41,991 bases of DNA from an uncultured bacterium (lineage in GTDB: Bacteria > Patescibacteriota > Minisyncoccia > Phycocordibacterales > UBA918), in the NCBI GenBank assembly GCA_965652925.1, contig CBFGXL010000006.1:1-41991 (forward strand), read 5' to 3'. The translations under genes and the position numbers were made by a program. A model generated the notes under the pieces. That model did not search any database. It saw only the letters and a program-made list of their open reading frames with translations, and was not told the DNA's origin. Shown here piece after piece: positions 7,857 to 17,389 of this stretch. Each line of letters begins with the position of its first letter. Positions within the stretch are counted from its first letter, which is position 1.

Positions 7857-10800
7857 ATGAACAAACGGCGTTTCTCTAACCGTTGCTTTTTGGTTATGCA
7901 AAAGGCACTCACACTTCTTTTCCTTCTGATTTTTGCCTTTGGTGACTTTGGGTCTATCCTCGACATTCGCTTTTTGCCCTCAGTTGACGAAGCAAAGGCG
8001 GCTGAGGTACTTATCGATGATACTGCGCAAATTGCTGGAGCTTCACATCTCCACGCTGGACCGCAGTCTGTTTTTATTGATGATCAGACTGGCTATAAGT
8101 TTTATCGTGATGCAAGCGGTGAGTGTGTGTACTCAAAAACAACTGATGGAGGGACAAGCTGGAGTTTCGGTGCAATTGTGGATGATCAAGGTGCAGGCAC
8201 TGACTGTCTTGGTATCGCCGTCTGGTATGACCGATGGACGCCTGGGGATACGGGAGATTATATACACATGGCAACTTATGAAAGCGGTACTGACGATGTT
8301 TTTTATAATCGTTTAGATACTGCAAACAGCGATACACGTCTCACAGGCTCAACTGCGATCAATGCAAGCAGCAACAGCGGACAAGGACCAACACTTACAG
8401 CTGCAAATATAGTTGGGATAACAAAAGGTACCGATGGAACAGTCTACATTTCAACGGATGACGCTTCTGATTCGTTTGTAGTTGAATGTTCAGCAAGCTG
8501 TAACCTGACAACAAGTTGGACCGAGACGGGGACACGTCCGCAAGACTTGGCTGTTGATTTCAGTATCCTTGTACCGCTTTCAGGCGGCAGCATCATGCTC
8601 ATCAATCGCGATATCTCTGCAGATGATATTCGCGCAAAGATCTGGAACAACACTTCATGGTCAGCTACCTGGACGACCATTGATGCCGCAGCTTCGGACA
8701 ATGGTACATACGATGTGGGGATGGGTGCTGCGGTTGACGCGTCGGGCAACGTATACCTCGCGTATACGGCTAATAACGTAACATTAGGCACTGATGACGA
8801 GGTGCGTACTGCACGCTACACTGGTTCGTGGGCAGCAACAACCGATGCGCTCACTGGAACAGCGATGGGGGTAACGGGGGCAGCAATTAGTCTTGATACA
8901 AACAGTGGCAATGTGTATGTCGCGTATTCTGCACAAACCACAGCAAATACCGCCAGTACTGGAAATGTGTATTGGAAGATGTCCACTGACAATATGTCCA
9001 CGTGGGGATCACAAAACGGCCCTGTAAACACCTCATCCAATGATATATATGGTGTAGACCTCAACAATAAGAACAGTCAGCGAGTCTATGTGGCGTGGTT
9101 TGGTGTAACTGGAGCAGATATACTTGGCGATACAGTTGCTGACTTAATCCCGGGAGTAGTTATTACCACCAACGGTTCTCAAAGCGCCAGCATCAATGCA
9201 CCTTCAACAAACACGCATATCGGGGGATCATTTGTCGTTACTGAATATGTAAACTCCCGCGATGTTACATCTGTGACATTCACCGAAGATGGCACCGTGG
9301 ATGGCTCAACTGAAGTAGAAAATATAAAACTTTATTATGAAAATGATTCCTCTGCACCGTATGACTGTGCAAGCGAATCATACGGTGGCACAGAAAGTCA
9401 GTTTGGTTCAACTGACGCAAATGGATTCTCGGGTGCTGATGGTATCTCTACGTTCTCAGGTACCTCGGCTGCGGTCTCGACCACGAGCTCATTGTGTTTG
9501 TATGTCATACTCGATGTTAAAGACAACGTAAACAGTGGGGACACGCTTAATGTCACTATAGCGAACCCGCCATCTGATATGACAGTGACCAACAGCGGTG
9601 AAGTAGGGCCTACTACTGCAGTTGATATAACTGGTTCAACTACGCTCCTCAATGACAATCCCACGCAAACGCACTTCCACTTTCGAAATGATAATGGTAA
9701 TGAAACGGCGGCAACCTCACGCACAGGAGGTAGTGAAGACACCAACCTCGCAGCGATTCAGCAGAACACGCCTTTTCGCTTGCGTCTCGGTGTTTCCAAC
9801 GAAGGGGGTGCCTCTACGCCAGCCATGCAGTACCGGCTTGAGTATGCAGTGGCTACTTCCACATGCGAAGCAGCTATTGGATGGACCGATGTTGGCGCCT
9901 CAAGTGACGACATTGACATGTCGCCTTCTTCACATGTTACCGACGGGGAAACCACCACTAACATCCTTGTTGCAAACGGAGGCGTAACAGACGAGAACAC
10001 GACCTTTTTAGGTTCTAACGGTGGTGTGAAAGACACATCTTCACAGACCTCTGGCATTACACTCGGCACCACAAACCATGTTGATTTAGAGTACTCCATT
10101 GTTGCAACCACAAATGCCGTGGAAGGCAATTCATATTGCTTTCGAGTAACTGACGCAGGCACACCACTTTCAACTTACTCGGTATTTCCGCGCGCAACGG
10201 TGGCTGCTGATACGAGTGTGACAGTGACAGGCAGTCAGACGTCGACGGTGGTTGTTCCTACCTCTAACTTCCATGTGGGCGGGGCATTTGTGGTCACTGA
10301 AAATTCTGGCTCACGCAATGTGACTGATGTAACCATACAAGAGACGGGTACTATTGATGGAACTACAGGAGTAGACAACATACGCCTGTATTATGATCTC
10401 GACACCTCCAACCCATATAACTGTGCAAGCGAATCGTATGCAGGCACTGAAAGCCTTTTTGGATCATCAGATACTGATGGTTTTTCAAGTGCAAACGGTA
10501 CATCAACATTCAGCGGAACAGTAGGTATTTCAACCACCGCCACTTTGTGCCTTTATCCGGTAGTTGACGTAACCACAAGTGCGCTCAATGGTCAGACGCT
10601 CGACATTGTCATTCCGAACCCTTCGGTTGACGTTGTGACCTCAGGAGGTGGCTCGGTTAGTCCGACAGTCACTCGTGATATTACAAGCAGTACGACCATG
10701 CAAGGAGCAGTCCTTACCCAAACGCACTATCATTGGCGCAATGATAATGGCAGTGAAGCTGCCGCGACCTCGCTCACCGGCGGCAATGAAGACACTGCCA

Positions 10801-13800
10801 TCGATAATATCGCACAAAACACGCAAGTGCGTCTTCGTATGGAAGTTTCCAACGAAGGAACAGTAACCTCGGGAAATACTGCTTTGCGGCTTGAATATGG
10901 AACAAAAGTCACTACCTGCGAAAATGTGTCGTCGTGGACCGATGTGGGCGAAGCGGGCGGCGCGTGGGATATGTTTGCTACTGCAAACCTCACCGAGGGA
11001 GGAAATACAACAAACATCGCGGAGGCAACGGGAGGTGTTACCAATGAAAATACCACTTTCAAAAGCCCGAACTCCGCTGTGAAGGACACAAGCTCGCAGG
11101 TTGCAACTACAACCTTCACTTCAAGTGAATATTTAGAAGCGGAATTTTCTATACGCCAAACGAGCAATGCGGCGTTTGATGCAACCTACTGCTTCAGACT
11201 CAGCAATGCTGGAACTCCGCTCAATACGTATACTGCGTACCCTGAGCTCACCACATCCCCTGAGCGTGACTTTGAAATACAGCGTGGGACTGCAACCGTT
11301 ACCGGTACGGGAGTAACCCTTACTGCAGGGGTTGATTATGTAGCTCCTTCATCGCTTTCCAATGCATTTGTCCGTATAACCAACTCCCACTACACTGGTG
11401 CCGGAGATAACTCAGCTGGAGGAACACAAAATATGGATGACGTGTCAGCGTACATTTCTAACCCAGAGAACTTGCTGACCTCGTTTACCATCACGCGTCC
11501 TAGTACTGCGCTGAGCAACACACGTGTTTCGTGGGAGATTGTCGAGTTCATTGGTACTGCAGGTTCAGACAATGAAATGATCGTTCGTGACCAGGCGACG
11601 ATTACGTATACAACCACTGGAACAACAGTGACAGGTTCTGCTGTTTCGGGTATCGCAGACGACGCAGACGTTGTTGTATTTATAACGGGGCAACTATCTC
11701 CAGATACTGGCACTGCTGACTACAACACCATACAATCCACCTCTGAATGGCTTTCAGGAAGCGACCAGCCACAGTTCACCCGTGGTGAAGCAAGCGGGGA
11801 TGCTGTTATTGTGAGTTACGCAGTGGTTGAATTTACCGGGGCAAACTGGAATATACAGCGTGCTGAGCATACATACAGTGCGGCGGGAGTGACAGAAACA
11901 GAGGATATCACAGCGCTCAATAGTCTCAATCGAACATTCCTTCACGCTCAAAAAAGAGTCGGAACTAATTTGCCGGGGACAGACGAGTTTGGACACGAAG
12001 TGTGGCTTTCAAGCATTGGTGCAGTCTCTTTTTTCCTTCAAAGCGGAGCAAACTCTCCTAATCTTCAAACCTCAGTGGCATGGATCATTGAAAATACGCA
12101 GACAACAAATGGCGCAATGCTCGTTACTCGCTCGGATGGAACCACAACCGGGGGGAGTGAGCCACTTTCCTTGAGCGTATCTATTGGTACCACACTCGAT
12201 GACGTCACCAATGCATCGATCTTTGCAAACACTCGCGTGGCTGGTACAGGCACGCTATACCCACGCCCTATAGCTGCATTTGCCATTGCATCAACAACAC
12301 ACTACGAACTCTGGAGAAGTGATACCGGAACGGCACTTAACTATCGCGTAGAAGTTGTTGAATGGCCAACAGCCGGACTTTCATTCAGACAAAACGATTA
12401 CCGTTTTTATGTTGATAATGATGCGCTTGACCCAGATGACCCGTGGCCAGTTGGTGTATCTGCCGATCTTGGGGAGAACACTGTTTTGACTGCTGCGGAC
12501 GAACCACTCGGCGATGGTGAGCGTATCCGCATACGTATGTCACTTACCGTGCTGAACTCAACTCTTCCGGAGCAGGCGCGAAGCTTTAAATTGCAGTATG
12601 GACAGCGCGCAACAACGTGCAGTGCTATCGACCCTGGAGATTGGCATGATGTTGGAGCTGCTGGGTCCGGGACAATTTGGCGTGGATATAATACCTCGCT
12701 TACTGATGGTACGGCGCTGTCTGGAAACCCACCAACTGGCGGAGATCTTAATCTCGCTGTTTCAGATGAAGCAGGAAGTTTTGAGGAAGAGAACAGCAGT
12801 GCTGTAAACCCGTATACAGTTGCAGAAGGCGATGATGTTGAATATGACTGGGTCGTGGAGCAGAACGGGGCAACAGCAGAGACTTTTTACTGTTTCCGCA
12901 TGATCGAATCCAATGACACAGTTTTGGGTGCATACAGCGATTATCCGACCCTTATCACTTCAAGTTTCACTGCGCGGACGCAGAACTGGCGTTTTTATGA
13001 AGATGAGGAAAATGAAACCCCGGGGACAGCGCTCGCTTTAGAAAACGTTGCGCCAACAGATATTGCAAACAATGATGCAATAAAACTGAGAGTTACAGTA
13101 AAAGAGACAGAAAATATTGCGCGCGAGGATGCCCGGTTCAGGCTGCAGTATTCAGAATATGCTGACTTCACCACAAGCTACGATGTGGTGGCTACTTCAA
13201 GCTGTGGCGACACTTCCATCTGGTGTTATTTCGACGGCGGGGGAACGGACAACGCAGTGATATCGACTTCTGTTTTAAGTGATGCCGATACATGTTCTGG
13301 AGGCGTTGGGGATGGCTGTGGAACACATAATGAAAGTCCTTCAGTATTGACTGGATTCCGTCACGAGAATGGCGCGGCAACAGAGTATGAATTCACACTT
13401 ACTGCAAAAGCCCCCCGAGCAAACGCGGTGTACTACTTCCGTCTTTATGATCTTTCGCAAGACCTTCCTGTTTCCATCAACACAGGAGAATCATACCCGT
13501 CTCTTGTTATAGAAGGCGCCTCGCTTGTGTTCAGTGTCTCTGGGCTGCCGTCAGGAATTGGCACTGAAGGCGTGCTTGCAACAGATGCAACAACAACTCC
13601 CAACAGTGTGCAGTTTGGCTCGGTGCCATTTGAGACTGAGTATGAAGCTGCTCAGCGTTTGCAAGTCACCACCAATGCAACTGAAGGGTATCAAGTTCTT
13701 ATGTGGAGCGATCAGGAAATGCAGAATGAATACGGCACACCCATTGATCCTATTGCGGGAACCAATGCTGTACCGTCAGGCTGGAACAGCGGGGCGTGTG

Positions 13801-14045
13801 AAGACACCGCCCAGGGCTGTTTTGGCTACCATGCGGGGGACGATTCGCTGCAAGGTGCAAGTCCGGCGCGCTTTGCAGCAAATGATAGTTTTGCGGCATT
13901 CAGTGCCACACCTTCTGAGATTATGTCAAGCTCTATTCCTGCTGATGATACTCATGATATTGTGTATAAGCTTGAGGTAGATGAGGATCATCCTGCAGGC
14001 ATCTATCAGACAACCGTTACCTTTATAGCTGTTCCAGTTTTCTAA
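7857..14045 (+). CDS. giant (2062 aa) multidomain adhesin: Asp-box propeller, internal repeats, C-terminal WxL/pilin-like domain
   Basis: Signal peptide, Asp-box-like motifs (SKTTDGGTSW, STDNMSTW) and a tandem ~352-aa duplication. The C-terminal domain aligns by eye with that of 250..1392 and ends AGIYQTTVTFIAVPVF. Confidence 0.8.
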   Translation: MNKRRFSNRCFLVMQKALTLLFLLIFAFGDFGSILDIRFLPSVDEAKAAEVLIDDTAQIAGASHLHAGPQSVFIDDQTGYKFYRDASGECVYSKTTDGGTSWSFGAIVDDQGAGTDCLGIAVWYDRWTPGDTGDYIHMATYESGTDDVFYNRLDTANSDTRLTGSTAINASSNSGQGPTLTAANIVGITKGTDGTVYISTDDASDSFVVECSASCNLTTSWTETGTRPQDLAVDFSILVPLSGGSIMLINRDISADDIRAKIWNNTSWSATWTTIDAAASDNGTYDVGMGAAVDASGNVYLAYTANNVTLGTDDEVRTARYTGSWAATTDALTGTAMGVTGAAISLDTNSGNVYVAYSAQTTANTASTGNVYWKMSTDNMSTWGSQNGPVNTSSNDIYGVDLNNKNSQRVYVAWFGVTGADILGDTVADLIPGVVITTNGSQSASINAPSTNTHIGGSFVVTEYVNSRDVTSVTFTEDGTVDGSTEVENIKLYYENDSSAPYDCASESYGGTESQFGSTDANGFSGADGISTFSGTSAAVSTTSSLCLYVILDVKDNVNSGDTLNVTIANPPSDMTVTNSGEVGPTTAVDITGSTTLLNDNPTQTHFHFRNDNGNETAATSRTGGSEDTNLAAIQQNTPFRLRLGVSNEGGASTPAMQYRLEYAVATSTCEAAIGWTDVGASSDDIDMSPSSHVTDGETTTNILVANGGVTDENTTFLGSNGGVKDTSSQTSGITLGTTNHVDLEYSIVATTNAVEGNSYCFRVTDAGTPLSTYSVFPRATVAADTSVTVTGSQTSTVVVPTSNFHVGGAFVVTENSGSRNVTDVTIQETGTIDGTTGVDNIRLYYDLDTSNPYNCASESYAGTESLFGSSDTDGFSSANGTSTFSGTVGISTTATLCLYPVVDVTTSALNGQTLDIVIPNPSVDVVTSGGGSVSPTVTRDITSSTTMQGAVLTQTHYHWRNDNGSEAAATSLTGGNEDTAIDNIAQNTQVRLRMEVSNEGTVTSGNTALRLEYGTKVTTCENVSSWTDVGEAGGAWDMFATANLTEGGNTTNIAEATGGVTNENTTFKSPNSAVKDTSSQVATTTFTSSEYLEAEFSIRQTSNAAFDATYCFRLSNAGTPLNTYTAYPELTTSPERDFEIQRGTATVTGTGVTLTAGVDYVAPSSLSNAFVRITNSHYTGAGDNSAGGTQNMDDVSAYISNPENLLTSFTITRPSTALSNTRVSWEIVEFIGTAGSDNEMIVRDQATITYTTTGTTVTGSAVSGIADDADVVVFITGQLSPDTGTADYNTIQSTSEWLSGSDQPQFTRGEASGDAVIVSYAVVEFTGANWNIQRAEHTYSAAGVTETEDITALNSLNRTFLHAQKRVGTNLPGTDEFGHEVWLSSIGAVSFFLQSGANSPNLQTSVAWIIENTQTTNGAMLVTRSDGTTTGGSEPLSLSVSIGTTLDDVTNASIFANTRVAGTGTLYPRPIAAFAIASTTHYELWRSDTGTALNYRVEVVEWPTAGLSFRQNDYRFYVDNDALDPDDPWPVGVSADLGENTVLTAADEPLGDGERIRIRMSLTVLNSTLPEQARSFKLQYGQRATTCSAIDPGDWHDVGAAGSGTIWRGYNTSLTDGTALSGNPPTGGDLNLAVSDEAGSFEEENSSAVNPYTVAEGDDVEYDWVVEQNGATAETFYCFRMIESNDTVLGAYSDYPTLITSSFTARTQNWRFYEDEENETPGTALALENVAPTDIANNDAIKLRVTVKETENIAREDARFRLQYSEYADFTTSYDVVATSSCGDTSIWCYFDGGGTDNAVISTSVLSDADTCSGGVGDGCGTHNESPSVLTGFRHENGAATEYEFTLTAKAPRANAVYYFRLYDLSQDLPVSINTGESYPSLVIEGASLVFSVSGLPSGIGTEGVLATDATTTPNSVQFGSVPFETEYEAAQRLQVTTNATEGYQVLMWSDQEMQNEYGTPIDPIAGTNAVPSGWNSGACEDTAQGCFGYHAGDDSLQGASPARFAANDSFAAFSATPSEIMSSSIPADDTHDIVYKLEVDEDHPAGIYQTTVTFIAVPVF

Positions 14046-14048
14046 CAT

Positions 14049-15068
14049 ATGCGATTCACACACTCTCTATTCTCACTTTCACTTATCGCGAGCCTTTTGG
14101 TGGCGCCATTGTGCGCATTTGCAGAAAGCTATTCAGTTGCTCCGCTTATCATTGATCGAGAGCTAGAGAAACGCGATATCGTCGAAGAGGTGATTACAAT
14201 CACTAATCGTGATAGCAGGATGCTGCGTATCTATCCTACGGTCAATGAGGTTGCTGTCGGTGAAGGAGGAAGCATCCAAACCTTTTTGGAACCTTCAATG
14301 GTTGATAGAACAACCTCTGTCACAAGCTGGCTTGAAATTGGTCGCGGACGCATTGAACTGCAGCCGGGAGAAAGCAAAGAAGTGACGCTTACCATTCGGG
14401 TGAACCCTGAAGTTGCTCCAGGCGAATACCACGCATTTGTCGGATTCCCTGAGGGCTCAAATCGCCCCGAAGCAGAGAAAAAGGTGTTCAGCGGGGGAGT
14501 TCCAGGAACAGTCGTGCGCATTGGTGTTGATAAGGTGCAGAATCAGTTTCTTCGGCTTGAAAAATTTTCTGTTGAGAAATTTATAAAGAATACGGGTGAA
14601 GGACTTCTTTCGTTCACTCTTTCTAATCCTGGAGATGATCCTGTGGTGCCAAAGGGCGAGGTCATCTTCTATGACAACAACGGCACTGAAGTGAGTGCGA
14701 TTCCGGTCAATCCAGAGGGGACTGTGGTTGAAGCTGGTGCTGAAGTACCATTTTCTCAGCATATACCGGAAGAGCTTTCAATGGGAAAATATAAAGCATT
14801 TCTTTCAGTTGAGTATGGTGAGCACCAGAGCGCGTCGCTCCATGATACGGCGTTCTTCTATGTACTGCCTCTGAAATACATCATCATCATTTTTGGAGTT
14901 GTCCTCGTGCTTGCAATTGGCGTGGCTCTGTTTGTCCACCGAAAGTACGACCTTGCCGGAGCAAGTGATGACGGAGCTGACGAAGTCGCGCTTTTTGTGC
15001 GCAATGGACGTTCCGAAAGTAAAGAACATGATATTGACCTATCAAAAAAGAATAACGATCTTCAATAG
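14049..15068 (+). CDS. DUF916/DUF3324 (WxL-interacting)-like or PapD-like membrane-anchored protein
   Basis: Signal peptide. Domain 1: SVAPLII...ITITN...SWLE...LQPGESKEVTLTIRV...PGEYHA. Domain 2: LSNPGD..VVPKGEV...MGKYKA.L.VEYG. C-terminal TM. Confidence 0.7.
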   Translation: MRFTHSLFSLSLIASLLVAPLCAFAESYSVAPLIIDRELEKRDIVEEVITITNRDSRMLRIYPTVNEVAVGEGGSIQTFLEPSMVDRTTSVTSWLEIGRGRIELQPGESKEVTLTIRVNPEVAPGEYHAFVGFPEGSNRPEAEKKVFSGGVPGTVVRIGVDKVQNQFLRLEKFSVEKFIKNTGEGLLSFTLSNPGDDPVVPKGEVIFYDNNGTEVSAIPVNPEGTVVEAGAEVPFSQHIPEELSMGKYKAFLSVEYGEHQSASLHDTAFFYVLPLKYIIIIFGVVLVLAIGVALFVHRKYDLAGASDDGADEVALFVRNGRSESKEHDIDLSKKNNDLQ

Positions 15069-16701
15069 AATATTGATTGGGATACTTCTGTCTGTCCTGC
15101 TTTTTGTGCCTGTCTCACTGTATGCTCAAGAGCGCACTGGTTTGTCGCTGAGTGTTACACCTACGCTTTTTGAGATGTCAGCGGTTCCGCTGCAATCCTG
15201 GAGTAGTTCAGTTAAGGTCATCAATAACAATCCTCAGCCAATTACTGTCTATGCAAATGCAGTAAATTTTGCACCACAAGGTGAAACTGGAGAAGGGAAA
15301 TTCATCCCTATTCTCGAAGAAGGGCAGGACGGTACAACGCTTGCTGAATGGATTGACATAACAAGTGAGCCGGTCACTATTGAAGCAGAACAGAGCATGG
15401 CTATACCTTTTACCGTCGCTGTTCCGCAGGATGCAACGCCGGGAGGTCACTTTGCTGCGATACTAATCGGTACTCGGCCGCTTGACACCGATGAAAGATT
15501 CCAAGTTAAAACGGCGCAGATTGTCACTTCGCTTTTCTTTGTGCGCGTGGCGGGGGATGTCGTTGAAGATGGGAAGATACGTGAGTTCCGCACCACAGAA
15601 GCATTTGTAGACACGCCGCAGGCTAATTTTGAAGTGCGTTTTGAAAATGAAGGCAATGTACATTTGCAGCCGCAAGGTGAGATCGTTATCACAAACATGT
15701 GGGGCAAGGAGCGTGGTCTTATTCCCATCAACCACAAAACACACTTCGGCAATGTACTGCCAGACAGTATTCGAAAATTTGAATTTTCATGGAGTGGTGA
15801 ACCGTCTTTCAATGATATCGGACGCTATAAGGCGGTGTTGACACTCGCGTATGGTGATGAAGAACGCAAGTTTGTAACCCGATCACTATATTTTTATGTG
15901 ATCCCTTTTAAAGCGCTTGCGGTAGTTCTTGGATCATTGATCGCCTTTATACTTTTCGTGAGTTGGGGTATCAAGGCATATGTCAGGCGCATGCTTATGC
16001 TTGCGGGCGTTGAGCCTGAATCTTCGCGATCCACAGCTATGCAGAGAAGTTTCCAGAAAGAAGGTGATGTGCGCATAGTCAGGCGAACATCAATACAAGC
16101 TCCTGTTCGAAGTGGCATGCTTGACCTCAAGCAGCGACTCCAGGGAGTAACTGCATTCGCAGACAGGATCAAAACGCTTGTGAGTTTTGTCGCTGCGTAC
16201 CGTGTCTTCTTTGTAAGTGTCGTAGTTATTGTACTAGCAGCTGTAGCTGGTATTGTTTTCTTTGTCGATGTGACACAGGAGCAGCGTGATTATGAAGTTG
16301 TCATTGAGAATGCTGATACCAATGTAACACTTTCATCCGAGGAAATATTGTATGACAAGGTAGAAAAAGAGCCCGAACTTGCAACATCGTCTGCAATGCT
16401 TGAAGAGGTGGAAGTGCAGTCATACGAATTAGTGCTCGTGAATTCAAGTGACACTCCCGGAGCGGCAGCTTCACTGCAAAGCGAACTTGAGAAAAAAGGC
16501 TATAGCATTGCAGACCTTCAATCTGACTTTGAGGAGTCAAAGGATCGTACCGTTATTGTATATGATCTTGCTTTTCAAACAGAGGCACTCAGTTTAAGCA
16601 AATTGCTTGGCAACGCGCTTTTGTCTGCGCGTCCAGAAAATGAGGGGGAGGAAAGTGCAGATATTGTCATTTATATTGGAAATGACCTGTCTGGGCAATA
16701 A
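15028..16701 (+). CDS. DUF916/DUF3324-like protein fused to C-terminal LytR_C domain, two TMs
   Basis: Likely start ATG 15028, followed by a signal peptide. LSVTPTLFE...LAEWI...PGGHFAAIL and FENEGNVHLQPQG...IGRYKAVLTLAYG. Two TMs, then LytR_C pattern LVNSSDTPGAA..LEKKGY...TVIVY...ADIVIYIGND. Confidence 0.75.
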   Translation: MILTYQKRITIFNRILIGILLSVLLFVPVSLYAQERTGLSLSVTPTLFEMSAVPLQSWSSSVKVINNNPQPITVYANAVNFAPQGETGEGKFIPILEEGQDGTTLAEWIDITSEPVTIEAEQSMAIPFTVAVPQDATPGGHFAAILIGTRPLDTDERFQVKTAQIVTSLFFVRVAGDVVEDGKIREFRTTEAFVDTPQANFEVRFENEGNVHLQPQGEIVITNMWGKERGLIPINHKTHFGNVLPDSIRKFEFSWSGEPSFNDIGRYKAVLTLAYGDEERKFVTRSLYFYVIPFKALAVVLGSLIAFILFVSWGIKAYVRRMLMLAGVEPESSRSTAMQRSFQKEGDVRIVRRTSIQAPVRSGMLDLKQRLQGVTAFADRIKTLVSFVAAYRVFFVSVVVIVLAAVAGIVFFVDVTQEQRDYEVVIENADTNVTLSSEEILYDKVEKEPELATSSAMLEEVEVQSYELVLVNSSDTPGAAASLQSELEKKGYSIADLQSDFEESKDRTVIVYDLAFQTEALSLSKLLGNALLSARPENEGEESADIVIYIGNDLSGQ

Positions 16702-16744
16702 AGTGCTATACTGTACTAATTAATGGTGTAAGCAACAGATATCT

Positions 16745-17221
16745 ATGAATCAAAAAGCCATAATCATTTGCATCGCTCTATTCATCCTGATCGTTGCCGG
16801 TATGTTTGGATTTGCGTATTTAAAGAAAGCGGAAGTTACTACTCCAGTTCCGGAGGAAAATTTGCCGCAGGAACAAGTTGAATATGCTTCAATCACTCGC
16901 ATTACTGCAAAGCATTTCTTCATTGATGGCGTTCATACTCTTGCAGGTGAGATACCTATGCCGACTCCCTGTGATCTTTTGGAAGCTGAAGCGCGGGTAA
17001 TGGAGTCGTTCCCTGAACAGGTAGTTGTTGATTTCTCTGTACTTAACAACGCAGAGTTTTGTGCACAGCAGGTTACTCCGGCACGATTTATGGTCAGCTT
17101 TACTGCTTCAGAAAATGCATCGATCAGTGCTCTGTTTATGGGTCGCGCTGTTGAGCTCAATTTAGTGCCGCCGGCAGAAGGAGAGACTCCTGATGATTTC
17201 GAACTGTTCATAAAGGGCTGA
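16745..17221 (+). CDS. membrane-anchored hypothetical protein (PTPC...CAQ.VT motif, PrcB-C-like)
   Basis: N-terminal TM and a Cys pair. Extended -10 TGCTATACT lies just upstream (~16704-16712). Confidence 0.7.
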   Translation: MNQKAIIICIALFILIVAGMFGFAYLKKAEVTTPVPEENLPQEQVEYASITRITAKHFFIDGVHTLAGEIPMPTPCDLLEAEARVMESFPEQVVVDFSVLNNAEFCAQQVTPARFMVSFTASENASISALFMGRAVELNLVPPAEGETPDDFELFIKG

Positions 17222-17324
17222 AACTTTTCGATGGGCAGTTTCAATACTCTGCTAAATATTTCTTGAAGTGACGAAAAGAAATATCACGCAACTTGTACTG
17301 CTCCTGTAAGAAGAAAAGGATTTC

Positions 17325-17362
17325 AATAAAGAGCGCTACCACATATGGTAGCGCTTTTTATT
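17325..17362 (+). terminator. intrinsic terminator
   Basis: AATAAAGAGCGCTACCA / TGGTAGCGCTTTTTATT inverted repeat. Confidence 0.85.
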
Positions 17363-17389
17363 TGATGAAGATGTTACACTACAGATGTT

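Noticed and set aside
9155-11255. Internal repeats as a DGR template/variable pair
   Set aside because: The differences are not adenine-specific, both copies are in-frame domains, and no reverse transcriptase is in the window.
14893-15027. Long N-terminal extension of the 602-aa ORF
   Set aside because: It overlaps the upstream gene's TM region. ATG 15028 gives a proper signal peptide.
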